IMG/VR virus record: IMGVR_UViG_3300046659_000007
Span: 1-45,336 of that record
Source of the DNA: a virus
Strand: one strand, 5' to 3'
Length of the DNA stretch: 45,336 nucleotides
The stretch's first letter is position 1. Every line of letters begins with the position of its first letter. The notes under the pieces are model-generated. The model saw only the letters and a list, made by a program, of their open reading frames with translations, searched no databases and was not told where the DNA came from. Shown here piece by piece: positions 18,216 to 26,072 of the stretch. Both the position numbers and the translations under genes were made by a program.

Positions 18216-18699
18216 CGGCATGCTCCTCGATCGGCGCGCTCGCGCGCACGTAGCCATACTTAGCGATCGCGTTGTCGAGCTCGGCGTCGCTCATCTCGCC
18301 AGGGCCTTTCTCGAGGCGCAGCGTCTGCTTAGCGCCATACCGCTGCGGATGCCGACGCTCGAGCCACCATGCGCCAGCGCGCCAGTCGCGCTGCGCTGCG
18401 CGCACGACGTGCAGCGTGATCGCCGCCTCGGCCTTGGCGAGCGAGCGGTTGAGCTTGCGCACGAAGCCGACATACGGCTCGCGACCTGCTGCGCCGAACT
18501 CTCGCCAGCGGTAGAGCGTGCGCTTGCCGATGCCCTCGGCTCGGCACGCAACGCCGATCGGAACGCCGAGGCCGACCAGCTTACAGAGCTGCTCGCCGAG
18601 CTCGGCTGTGTATGCTGTCGGCCTGCCTCGCGCGCGCGCGCGCGATGGTGTCGATATTCGTTCGTTAGTAGCCATTGAATCCGCCTCGGCGATACGCAC
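18208..18699 (-). CDS. HTH protein, small-terminase-like (putative)
   Basis: GRPTAYTAELGEQLCKLVGLGVPIGVACRAEGIGKRTLYRWREFG followed by WWLERRHPQRYG resembles terminase small subunits of the HTH type. It lies upstream in the packaging region. Confidence 0.45.
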   Translation of the reverse strand: MRIAEADSMATNERISTPSRARARGRPTAYTAELGEQLCKLVGLGVPIGVACRAEGIGKRTLYRWREFGAAGREPYVGFVRKLNRSLAKAEAAITLHVVRAAQRDWRAGAWWLERRHPQRYGAKQTLRLEKGPGEMSDAELDNAIAKYGYVRASAPIEEHADE

Positions 18700-19003
18700 G
18701 CAGGCGACAGGCCCTGCAGCGTGTCGAGCGAAAGTCGCGCCAGATCGCCTCTGTCATCGTGCGCTCGCTGCCGCACGAGCAGCGCACACGCACGCAGCGC
18801 TCACTGCCTCGACCGTCGCGCCTCGGCTTGCGGAACCTGCGCAGGACCTGCCATTGCCGCTCGGTCGGATCGGCCAGCGGCGGCTGCTGCTGCGCAGGCA
18901 GGCAGCTCGCGCACAGGCCAGCGTAACGCCGCAGCGGCGGCAGCTCGGCGCCGCAGCTGCGGCAGTGAGTAGGCGAGTCTGGTATCGGCTTAGGCGCTGC
19001 CAT
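18665..19003 (-). CDS. Cys-rich (Zn-ribbon-like) hypothetical protein
   Basis: Contains CRSCG...CASC and CSCG...CRAC pairs. 112-aa ORF. Confidence 0.4.
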   Translation of the reverse strand: MAAPKPIPDSPTHCRSCGAELPPLRRYAGLCASCLPAQQQPPLADPTERQWQVLRRFRKPRRDGRGSERCVRVRCSCGSERTMTEAIWRDFRSTRCRACRLRAYRRGGFNGY

Positions 19004-19622
19004 GGCCCTGCCCTCGTGCAGGCACGAGCTCGCAGCGCAGGGCTGCGCGCAGCGCGCTCGAGCGTAGCTGCGTGTAGCCGAGGCAGATGGCGGCGGCCGA
19101 GTCGCCGCCTATCGGCGGCGCCTCATCGCCGATGTGCAAGCGCGCGATGCGCTGCGCCATGACCTGCTCGAGGTGCCGAGCTACGTCGCGAGGCAGGCTG
19201 CCCTTGCCGAATACCTGCGCGCGCCAGTCGCTCGCGCGCAGCTGCAGCACTCGTGTGCCTACGCCGCCGAGCGCCCGCCAGCTGTCGCGCCAGAGCTCGA
19301 GGCTCGCTGTCAGTGACAGGGCCGTTGCCAGCGTGCCGCCGAATGGCGCCTCGACCACGAAGCCGAGCCGCAGTTCGAACTCAGCGGCCAGGCGCTGCGC
19401 GCGCGCGATGACCTCGAGGCGATCGGCCTGGCAGCGAGCGTTGCACTCGCCATACCGCACGAGCTCGCCGCGCACGTAGAGCGCGAAGCCAGAGCGGCGC
19501 GCCGAGTCGATGGCCAGGATCGCGGCATCGAGCGGCCTCTGCGTCGGCGGCAGGGCAGACACACGGTTCCCCTTTTGCCTCCTGATGCGTAGCCACTGGT
19601 AGCCATAGGGCCGACCTATCAT
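18990..19622 (-). CDS. RuvC-like Holliday junction resolvase
   Basis: Acidic catalytic-type motifs ILAIDSA, VVEAPFGG and GDSAAAICLG appear in RuvC order. Start chosen at ATG 19622, which forms an ATGA overlap with the upstream gene. Confidence 0.6.
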   Translation of the reverse strand: MIGRPYGYQWLRIRRQKGNRVSALPPTQRPLDAAILAIDSARRSGFALYVRGELVRYGECNARCQADRLEVIARAQRLAAEFELRLGFVVEAPFGGTLATALSLTASLELWRDSWRALGGVGTRVLQLRASDWRAQVFGKGSLPRDVARHLEQVMAQRIARLHIGDEAPPIGGDSAAAICLGYTQLRSSALRAALRCELVPARGQGHGSA

Positions 19623-19852
19623 CGCGCACCTCGGCAGGCGCATGGCTCGACCACGCTGAATGATCCTTGCTGGTCGACAACGATCATCCGCGCAGAGCGC
19701 TCCTGCTTGCACCATCCGCAGATGACATCGCTCGCGCAGACATGGTCGACCGCGCTGCGGAACCGTCGGCTGCGCAGCAGGCATCGAGGGCAGATGGCGA
19801 GCTCGACTACCTCGACACGCTCGAGCGCCAGCGCCAGCGCAGCGGCGCGCAT
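19619..19852 (-). CDS. Zn-ribbon-like hypothetical protein
   Basis: Contains CPRC ... CGWC. The start is uncertain (19852 or 19942). Confidence 0.4.
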   Translation of the reverse strand: MRAAALALALERVEVVELAICPRCLLRSRRFRSAVDHVCASDVICGWCKQERSARMIVVDQQGSFSVVEPCACRGAR

Positions 19853-19996
19853 GCCGTCGGCTGCGAGCTCGAGCGCGCTCACCTGCCGGCCCCTTGCGCC
19901 CTGCCGATACTGCCAGCAGCGTGCGGCTGAGCTGATTCGCAACGCAGCGGCTGCGCGGCTCCGCCCCCCAACTGTGATCGCGCAGCCGCTGCCAGC

Positions 19997-20347
19997 TTAC
20001 GCCGCATGCGCCGCTCCATCGGCGCGAGCTCGGCGGCTCGGCGCTCGGCGCTTGCGCGCAGCCTTGCGCTTGCCTCGCTTGGCAGGCGCTGGCGCTCGAC
20101 TCTCGAGCTGCTCGAGCCGAGGCCTGCGCCGCAGGTCGGCTGGCTTATTACCCGCTGGCAGCGGCTCGCAGAGCTCGGCGATAGTGACCTGGCCGCTCGT
20201 GCAGGCGCTGAGCTTGACCGCTGTCTTGTAGCTCGCGCGCTTGCCCCGGTAGATTTTGTGAACGGTGGCGTAGGCGATGCCTGTACGCAGGTGCAGCCTC
20301 GTGAGCTCGCCGATCGGTTGCGCCTCGACCCACTGATGCAGCTTCAT
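19997..20347 (-). CDS. Cro-like / YdaS-type HTH regulator, first gene of the leftward train
   Basis: MKLHQWVEAQPIGELTRLHLRTGIAYATVHKIYRGKR plus a basic tail. It is divergent from the CI-like gene. Confidence 0.6.
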   Translation of the reverse strand: MKLHQWVEAQPIGELTRLHLRTGIAYATVHKIYRGKRASYKTAVKLSACTSGQVTIAELCEPLPAGNKPADLRRRPRLEQLESRAPAPAKRGKRKAARKRRAPSRRARADGAAHAA

Positions 20348-20354
20348 AGCTTGC

Positions 20355-20364
20355 GCTATATAGC
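20355..20364. promoter_or_regulatory. Palindromic GCTATATAGC box; -10-like element about 10 nt upstream of the Cro-like ATG
   Basis: The TATATA core is at 20357-20362 and the ATG at 20347. That leaves room only for a leaderless or near-leaderless mRNA. Confidence 0.4.
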
Positions 20365-20677
20365 TATTTTACTAGAGGTGCAATAAGCGACACCTGGCGA
20401 GGGCAGCGGCCTCTGCCGTCCTCTCAACGACTTGACCTCTGCCCTCTCAGCCGTTCCCCTATCTCGCCTCTCAACAACCGTTTGCGGTCAATCAATCGAG
20501 CTGCCTAACTTCCGTTTTCAACCGTTTGAGGGCAGGAGGCCGCCTCTTGAATAGGTCGCTTCTTATTTTGCTGCAGGCAAGGTGCAGGCTGCGAACGTTG
20601 CAAAGGCGGCAAGGTTTCGAAGGTTTCGGATGCAACTGGTTGTTGCGCCTCCATCGAGGTTCGATGTTGTGCGCATC

Positions 20678-20686
20678 CGCTATATT
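20678..20686 (+). promoter_or_regulatory. CGCTATATT box upstream of the CI-like gene
   Basis: The same 9-mer occurs at 30893 and 31722. It lies 41 nt upstream of GTG 20728. Confidence 0.4.
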
Positions 20687-20727
20687 GCTCACTTGTCAAC
20701 ACAAGCAGACGCGCGCTAAACAGCGAC

Positions 20728-21366
20728 GTGCCAAGAGTTCCTCGCAGACCCGATCCGAATATTCAGGACCCGCTATCGGAGCCGACTATTCAGCGTCGTA
20801 TCTGGGGCCTTTATGCGCGAGCTGGTTATTCGCGAATGAGCTTCGCCAAGGCGCTCGGCGTTGCTTACACAACGATCGACGCTTGGGACCTCGGCCAGAA
20901 TCTGCCTCGAGTCGACCAGCTACTGCAGATCGCAGAGTTGCTTGATGTCCCTATTGCTGCCCTCTGTTACGGGTATGCAGGGCAGCCGAATCCTGATGTC
21001 GAGCCAGAGCTAACGGACCACCAGCTGAAGCTCCTCTTGAATGAACGCGAGGCGAGTCACGAGGCGAGGCGAGACTTTGCCGAGCACGTCGCGACTGTCG
21101 GACGGTTTCAAAAAATCACGCGAGGCTACCTCTGCGCATTCTTGAGCGCGCGCGAGGCTGGCAGCGACGCAGTAGTAAACGCGATCACAGCGCGCGCTCT
21201 GACAGGCGCAGCTACCAGCGGCGGCAAGCCAGTTTCGGCAGGTATCATCAAGCAACTGATGCAGGCGCAGGATGAAGCAACCAAGGCGCCGATCGCCGAC
21301 CAGACTCGCAAGCCGAAACCGCTAGTCCGTAACTATCGGCCGAAACCAAAAAAGCGCAGCCGCTAG
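20728..21366 (+). CDS. CI-like XRE-family HTH repressor (no S24 peptidase motif seen)
   Basis: HTH region MSFAKALGVAYTTIDAWDLGQNLPRVDQLLQIAELLDVPIAALCYG. It is divergent from the Cro-like gene and has a GTG start. Confidence 0.65.
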   Translation: MPRVPRRPDPNIQDPLSEPTIQRRIWGLYARAGYSRMSFAKALGVAYTTIDAWDLGQNLPRVDQLLQIAELLDVPIAALCYGYAGQPNPDVEPELTDHQLKLLLNEREASHEARRDFAEHVATVGRFQKITRGYLCAFLSAREAGSDAVVNAITARALTGAATSGGKPVSAGIIKQLMQAQDEATKAPIADQTRKPKPLVRNYRPKPKKRSR

Positions 21367-21707
21367 AGCGGCCGCTGCGGCTGGTCGCTGAGCTTGCATG
21401 CGCCGAGCATTGCCGCCGCCAGGTCTGCGATGCTGTGCTGCGTTACGCCTCGCAGCGCGAGGTATCGCGCAATGCCATAAGCCTGCGCGATAGGCTGCCG
21501 AGGCGAGGCTAGATCCCAGCCGAGCACGCCCTCATAGCCGCTGTCGCTGGCCGCCAGCGCGACCTGCAGCGAGCCGCCGCTGCTCGCGACCAGCTCGAGC
21601 CGCAGCAGCATCGCGAGCTCGAGCAGCGACAGGGCGCGCGTTGCTCCGATTGCGTCAATGAGAGCGAGTACTGCCGATTGTGCGGAAGGTTCGGAGAGTC
21701 CCGACAT
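21363..21707 (-). CDS. Hypothetical protein, convergent with the CI-like gene
   Basis: 114-aa ORF. Its stop codon and the CI-like stop codon share the CTAG at 21363-21366 on opposite strands. Confidence 0.45.
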   Translation of the reverse strand: MSGLSEPSAQSAVLALIDAIGATRALSLLELAMLLRLELVASSGGSLQVALAASDSGYEGVLGWDLASPRQPIAQAYGIARYLALRGVTQHSIADLAAAMLGACKLSDQPQRPL

Positions 21708-21829
21708 GTGGCGAGCGATCCTGCATATGCTGCAAAACTAGTAAAGGCTGGCGAGAATCTTGACCCGATTCTTGTACGAGTCACACGCACACAGTCGCAG
21801 CTAGCCTGTGCTGGCGCATATATCACTTT

Positions 21830-21838
21830 CGCTATACT
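21830..21838 (+). promoter_or_regulatory. CGCTATACT box upstream of the recombination operon
   Basis: A -10-like TATACT, followed by the 16-bp palindrome and the RBS. Confidence 0.4.
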
Positions 21839-21848
21839 CTAGTGCAAT

Positions 21849-21864
21849 GGCTAGATATCTAGCC
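21849..21864. promoter_or_regulatory. Perfect 16-bp palindrome GGCTAGATATCTAGCC (candidate operator)
   Basis: It lies between a -10-like box (TATACT, 21833-21838) and the RBS AGGAG (21871-21875) of the recombination operon. Confidence 0.5.
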
Positions 21865-21883
21865 ACCATCAGGAGTATCGCAG

Positions 21884-22483
21884 TTGCCCCACACATCAGT
21901 TCCCTTGGCGCCTGCACAGGCAGCCAACACGACAACGTTGTCGGTCGATGAGGCCCTCGCTCTCGACAACCTGCGCGCCTCGCAGCTACCGATCGGCCAG
22001 CTGGTCGACCATCTGCTCGACCTGGTCGATGAGGCCGCCGACCCAGAGACTGGCGAGCTACGGCACGAGCTCGGCGCAGCGATCGACAAACTCAACCTGT
22101 CGCTGCAGGTCAAGGTGCAGGCATACGCGCACGTAGCCGAGCGGCTCAAGGCCGAGGCCTCGGCTTACGATGACCTCGCGCAGCACTATCGCGCCAAGGC
22201 CGAGCGGCAGGAGCGCGAGGTAAAGCTGCTCAAGCAGAGGCTGCAGGCCGAGCTCGAGCGGCTCGGAACCGATCGAGTCAAGACGCAGACTGTGACTGCG
22301 TATCTGCAGGCCTCGCCGCGCTCGGTCGAGCTGCTCGCGCTCGATGACAGCGATATCCCTGATGCGTTCTGCGTAGTCGAGCGGCGAGTCTCTGCGAGCA
22401 AGATCCTGGCAGCGCTCAAGAGCGGCGCCGAGCTCGCATTCGCTCGGCTCGCGCCAGTGAGCAAGCATGTGAGGTTCCGATGA
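21884..22483 (+). CDS. Gp157-like protein (often paired with Sak4-type recombinases)
   Basis: 199 aa with a TTG start. It has a central coiled coil and a C-terminal pattern (KTQTVTAYLQASPRSVELLALDDSDIPDAF) resembling the siphovirus Gp157 family. It forms an ATGA overlap with the next gene. Confidence 0.5.
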   Translation: MPHTSVPLAPAQAANTTTLSVDEALALDNLRASQLPIGQLVDHLLDLVDEAADPETGELRHELGAAIDKLNLSLQVKVQAYAHVAERLKAEASAYDDLAQHYRAKAERQEREVKLLKQRLQAELERLGTDRVKTQTVTAYLQASPRSVELLALDDSDIPDAFCVVERRVSASKILAALKSGAELAFARLAPVSKHVRFR

Positions 22484-23667
22484 GCGCCGCCGCCAGAGCA
22501 GCAGCGCCAGCGATGCAGTTTGTCGAGGCTGTGCGCGAGCACAGTTTCGCTCGCATCGCGCTGGTAGGTATCAGCGGCAGCGGAAAAACGCTGTCGAGTC
22601 TCAAGATCGCCAAGGGCCTCGGCGGCAAGCGGATCGGCGTGATCGACAGCGAGCGAGGCAGCGCGCGCAAGCATAGTGGCAAGGGCATTCCGTTTCAGGT
22701 GCTCGAGCTGTCGAGCTTCGCTCCTGCGACCTATGTGGAGGCGATGGCCGCCGCCTACCGCGCAGGCATCGATGTGCTCATCGTCGATGGCCTCTCGCAG
22801 GCATGGGCAGGCAAGGATGGCGCTCTCGAAATGGTCGACCAGGTAACCAAGCGCTCGCGCTCGCAGAACTCATTCGCGGCCTGGCGCGAGGTTACGCCAG
22901 AGCACACGCGCATGGTCGATGCCCTCGTGTCTATCCCCTGCCATGTCATCGTAACCATGCGCGCCAAGTCGGACTGGGTTGTCGAGGATGTCGACAACGG
23001 GAAAGGCGGCACGAGCAAGGCTCCGAAGCGCCTCGGCATGGCGCCTATTCAGCGCGAGGGCCTCGAGTATGAGTTCGATATCGTCGGCGACATGACTGGC
23101 GATCACGACTGGGTAATCAGTAAGACTCGCTGCGAGCGGTTCGATCGCGCGATCATCCGCTGCCCTGGCGAGGAGTTCGGCGCGCAGCTGCTCGACTGGT
23201 TGAATGAGGGCACAGCTCGGATCGAGGCGCCGCCAGCGCAGCCAGCAGCGGCACAGCCAGCAGCGCCTGCACCTGCGCCTCGCGAGGTAGCGCCGCCGCC
23301 AGCGGTAGCGCCGCCAGCTGCGAAGCCTACGTTTAGCACTCGCGCAGACTGGTCTGGCTCGCCTACGTGGGCAGGCAAACCGCTCGACTCTGCACCTGCG
23401 GCGGCGCTCGAGGCCTATCGCAAGGCGCTCGACCTGGCGATCGCTAACCCCAAAAACAAGTCACGCATTCGCGCACTGACCGAGCACATCGCGCAGGTAA
23501 GCAGGGAATGGATGGCCGCTCGAGCGCGCGAGCAGGCCGAGGCTGCGGCGGCTGCTGCTGCCGACCCATTCGCCGACATGCTGCAGGGCGGCGGCTGGCA
23601 CCTCAACGGCAGCGGCGAGGATGATGATATGCCAGTCACTCGATCGACTAACGGACTAGGACACTGA
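22480..23667 (+). CDS. Sak4-like RecA-fold ATPase (AAA_24-type) with an Ala/Pro-rich C-terminal extension
   Basis: Walker A LVGISGSGKT and Walker B-like LIVDGLSQAW. The size and order of the core motifs fit. Confidence 0.65.
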   Translation: MSAAARAAAPAMQFVEAVREHSFARIALVGISGSGKTLSSLKIAKGLGGKRIGVIDSERGSARKHSGKGIPFQVLELSSFAPATYVEAMAAAYRAGIDVLIVDGLSQAWAGKDGALEMVDQVTKRSRSQNSFAAWREVTPEHTRMVDALVSIPCHVIVTMRAKSDWVVEDVDNGKGGTSKAPKRLGMAPIQREGLEYEFDIVGDMTGDHDWVISKTRCERFDRAIIRCPGEEFGAQLLDWLNEGTARIEAPPAQPAAAQPAAPAPAPREVAPPPAVAPPAAKPTFSTRADWSGSPTWAGKPLDSAPAAALEAYRKALDLAIANPKNKSRIRALTEHIAQVSREWMAARAREQAEAAAAAAADPFADMLQGGGWHLNGSGEDDDMPVTRSTNGLGH

Positions 23668-23737
23668 TAGACCAGTGCTCGAGCCGAGCGGCACGCATGA
23701 GGCGGCTGCTCGGCTCGAGGCTTTCCGAGGTAACGCG

Positions 23738-24028
23738 ATGACACAAGAGCAGACGCAGGATGCGCCGCCACTCAACCAATGCCATAGCTGCAAAGCAGCG
23801 ATCATCTGGGCAGCGACAGCGACAGCCGCGATGCCGCTCGATGCCGAGCCGAGCAGCGCAGGCAATGTCGAGCTCACACTCGACCGAGGCCGATGGCGCG
23901 CGCGAGTGCTCACGACAGCCGAGCGCGAGCTGCTCGCGAGCGAGCCTCTTGTGCTGCGCACAGCGCACTTCGTGACCTGCCCTCATGCCGAGCTATGGCG
24001 CCGCAAGCCAGCGAGGCCTGCGCCATGA
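23738..24028 (+). CDS. Hypothetical small Cys/His protein
   Basis: Contains CHSC ... H..TCPH. ATG 23738 is preceded by GAGG. Confidence 0.45.
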   Translation: MTQEQTQDAPPLNQCHSCKAAIIWAATATAAMPLDAEPSSAGNVELTLDRGRWRARVLTTAERELLASEPLVLRTAHFVTCPHAELWRRKPARPAP

Positions 24029-24720
24029 TCATGCGAGCGCGACCTCTGCCGCCGCCGCCAGCGCGGCTGCCAGCGCGGCGACCGATCCTGTTTAGAGCGC
24101 CGCTCGTGCGCGCGATCATGGGAGGCCTCAAGCATCAGACTCGCCGCCCTGTGCGCGCGCCTCAAGGCTGGCGCATCGAGGCGCTGCTGCAGTCGGCCTC
24201 GCCTCGCGCGCTCTGCACACCGATCATGCGTCGCGACAGCGAGCGCCCTGTGCGCGAGGTGCGCTGCCCCTATGGCGAGCGCGGCGATTTATTGTGGGTC
24301 AAGGAGACTTGGGCAAGGCCGATCGAGGATGAACCAGAGCTCATTACGTATCGCGCCGATGGCGACGCTGCGATCGAGCGCGAGGTGCGCAGAGCGACTG
24401 GCAGAACCATCAGCGGCGCGACCTGGCGCAGTAGCCTGCTCATGCCGAGGCGCGCCGCTCGCATCTGGCTGCGTGTCGAGAGCGTGCGCGCGCAGCCGCT
24501 CGAGCAGATCACTTGCTCAGACGTGCGCGCCGAGGGCATCGGCTGCCCAGCGCATGACAATGGCCGAGGCCGATGCTCGAGCGACTGCGCTGCGTTGATA
24601 GCGGCGTTTCGCAGGCTCTGGGACAGCATCTATCACGACCAGCCTGCGCTGCGCTGGTCGCGCAATCCGGTTGTGTGGGCAGTCACATTCTCGCCAGTGT
24701 CGAGGCCTGCAGACGCATAG
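24025..24720 (+). CDS. Hypothetical protein, possibly ASCH/PUA-like
   Basis: The N-terminal ILFRAPLVRAIMGGLKHQTRRPV resembles a motif I recall from phage ASCH-like proteins. It forms an ATGA overlap with the upstream gene. Confidence 0.35.
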   Translation: MIMRARPLPPPPARLPARRPILFRAPLVRAIMGGLKHQTRRPVRAPQGWRIEALLQSASPRALCTPIMRRDSERPVREVRCPYGERGDLLWVKETWARPIEDEPELITYRADGDAAIEREVRRATGRTISGATWRSSLLMPRRAARIWLRVESVRAQPLEQITCSDVRAEGIGCPAHDNGRGRCSSDCAALIAAFRRLWDSIYHDQPALRWSRNPVVWAVTFSPVSRPADA

Positions 24721-24734
24721 GTCGAGCAGGCCTC

Positions 24735-24758
24735 TGGTCGACTGGTCGACTGGTCTAG
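24735..24758. repeat. 8-bp-periodic array, three tandem units
   Basis: TGGTCGAC TGGTCGAC TGGTCTAG, between convergent genes. Confidence 0.7.
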
Positions 24759-25597
24759 TAGGCGAGCTCGAGCGTGTAAGGCGCGCGAGGCAGCAGCTCG
24801 AGCACGCTCTGCGGTATCGCCGCGAATGCCCAGAACTTCGCGCCGCTCGTGTTCTGCACTGCGGCGCAGGTCTGGCTATCAGCATTCCAGCTGTAGAAGG
24901 TGTTCGGCGAGCTCGGCGCGCCTGTCGCGCTGTGATAGTAGGTGCCGCCGATCGCGATCGTTACTGCGTACGATGTGAGCGGCGTCTCGCAGGCCGAGTC
25001 TGCGAACACATACCAGATGCTCGCTGGCCGCCAGGCCTGCTGCGAGACGATGCCGCTCGAGGCACACTCGCTCGGCAGCGCGAGCTTGCCTGTGCTCAGC
25101 ACATACGACAGGCCGATCCGACGCTGGCCTGCGTGCGCGATGGTCACGCAGTCGGCAGCCTCGCCGAAGCCAGGCGTGCTGCTCGCATAGCCTGGCGCGA
25201 CATCGGCCTGCACAGGCGCGCCGCTCTTATCGCGCAGGACCCAGTGCGGCCGAGGCAGGCCATCGGACGCAGGCTCCTGCGCCTCGGCGCCAGCAACGCC
25301 GCCGCCGCTGCCAGCTGCAGCACCTGCCATCGCTCGGCCAGCCTGCGCGACTGTCGCGCCAGCCGCCGCCAGCATGCCGCCGATGGCAGCGCGCGCGCCA
25401 GAGGCGCCGCTCTTGCCAGCCGCCGCCGAGCCGCTCGCACCGCTCGCGCCAGCGCCGCCGAGCATCGAGCCGCCTATCCCTGCCATCGCCTCGCCAGCGT
25501 CGCGCATCGTGTCGCCGATGCCCTCGATGCCAGCGCCGCCGCACGCCATCACAACGCCAGCGATAACACCTGCTGCCGCAGTCTGCCGCGTAATCAT
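24755..25597 (-). CDS. Predicted lipoprotein with a Gly/Ala-rich linker and a Cys-containing C-terminal domain
   Basis: Start at ATG 25597: MITRQTAAAGVIAGVVMAC, a signal peptide plus lipobox-like VMAC. It lies outside the structural and replication modules. Confidence 0.6.
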   Translation of the reverse strand: MITRQTAAAGVIAGVVMACGGAGIEGIGDTMRDAGEAMAGIGGSMLGGAGASGASGSAAAGKSGASGARAAIGGMLAAAGATVAQAGRAMAGAAAGSGGGVAGAEAQEPASDGLPRPHWVLRDKSGAPVQADVAPGYASSTPGFGEAADCVTIAHAGQRRIGLSYVLSTGKLALPSECASSGIVSQQAWRPASIWYVFADSACETPLTSYAVTIAIGGTYYHSATGAPSSPNTFYSWNADSQTCAAVQNTSGAKFWAFAAIPQSVLELLPRAPYTLELAY

Positions 25598-25825
25598 CGC
25601 TCGATCGTATCGCGACCGAGGCGGCTGGAGGTTGTCGACTATTGCGCACCTGTGAGCGCCTAACGCCTCTCTCGCACTGGCGCGCAGGTCGAGCTCGGCG
25701 ACTACGATCGGCGCAGGTGAGCTCGACTTGGCTGGCGCGAGTAAGAGTGTTCGAGCGGCAGAGCGAGAGCGAGAGCACACGATCGAGCGCGCGCTGCGCT
25801 CGCACAGATCTCTACTGACGGAATT

Positions 25826-25835
25826 CCCCCCCCCC
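25826..25835. repeat. Homopolymeric C10 (G10 on the minus strand) tract
   Basis: gaattCCCCCCCCCCtattaa, in a locally AT-richer non-coding segment. Confidence 0.9.
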
Positions 25836-26072
25836 TATTAAGCCGCTAAGAGTCTGCGGTTACCTCGTACATAGATGGCTACAGAGGATGGTCTGCCGCT
25901 GCGAGCGGCGTGCGATCGCCTCGCTCTGCCCTCGATCCGCAGGCGCAAGCAGCCTCGAGGGCACGCTCGCTCGGCGCGATCCGCTGTGCGTGCGCGCAGT
26001 GGCAACGCACGCAGGGCGCAGCTCGGCCTCGAGCGTTGCGCCCTGTGTCTCGATCGAGCCTGTGCGTGCAGC

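Larger units (their letters stand above)
20348..20727. promoter_or_regulatory. Divergent immunity/switch region with several short direct-repeat families
   Basis: 380-bp non-coding stretch of lower GC. Repeats: CTCTCAAC at 20421 and 20468 (CTCTCAG at 20444); CAACCGTTTG at 20475 and 20519; GAGGGCAG at 20399 and 20528; tandem AAGGTTTCG at 20611 and 20620. Promoter-like boxes sit at both ends. Confidence 0.6.

Noticed and set aside
20728-21366. A LexA/S24-type autocleavable C-terminal domain in the CI-like repressor
   Set aside because: No Ala-Gly/Cys-Gly cleavage site followed by Ser...Lys spacing was recognisable. The C-terminal half is basic and low-complexity.
25985-26012. The inverted repeat TGCGTGCG...CGCACGCA downstream of the 26073..27212 gene as its terminator
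   Set aside because: The 8-bp stem has no following U tract on the minus-strand transcript. It could still be a weak or factor-dependent signal, but that cannot be supported from sequence alone.
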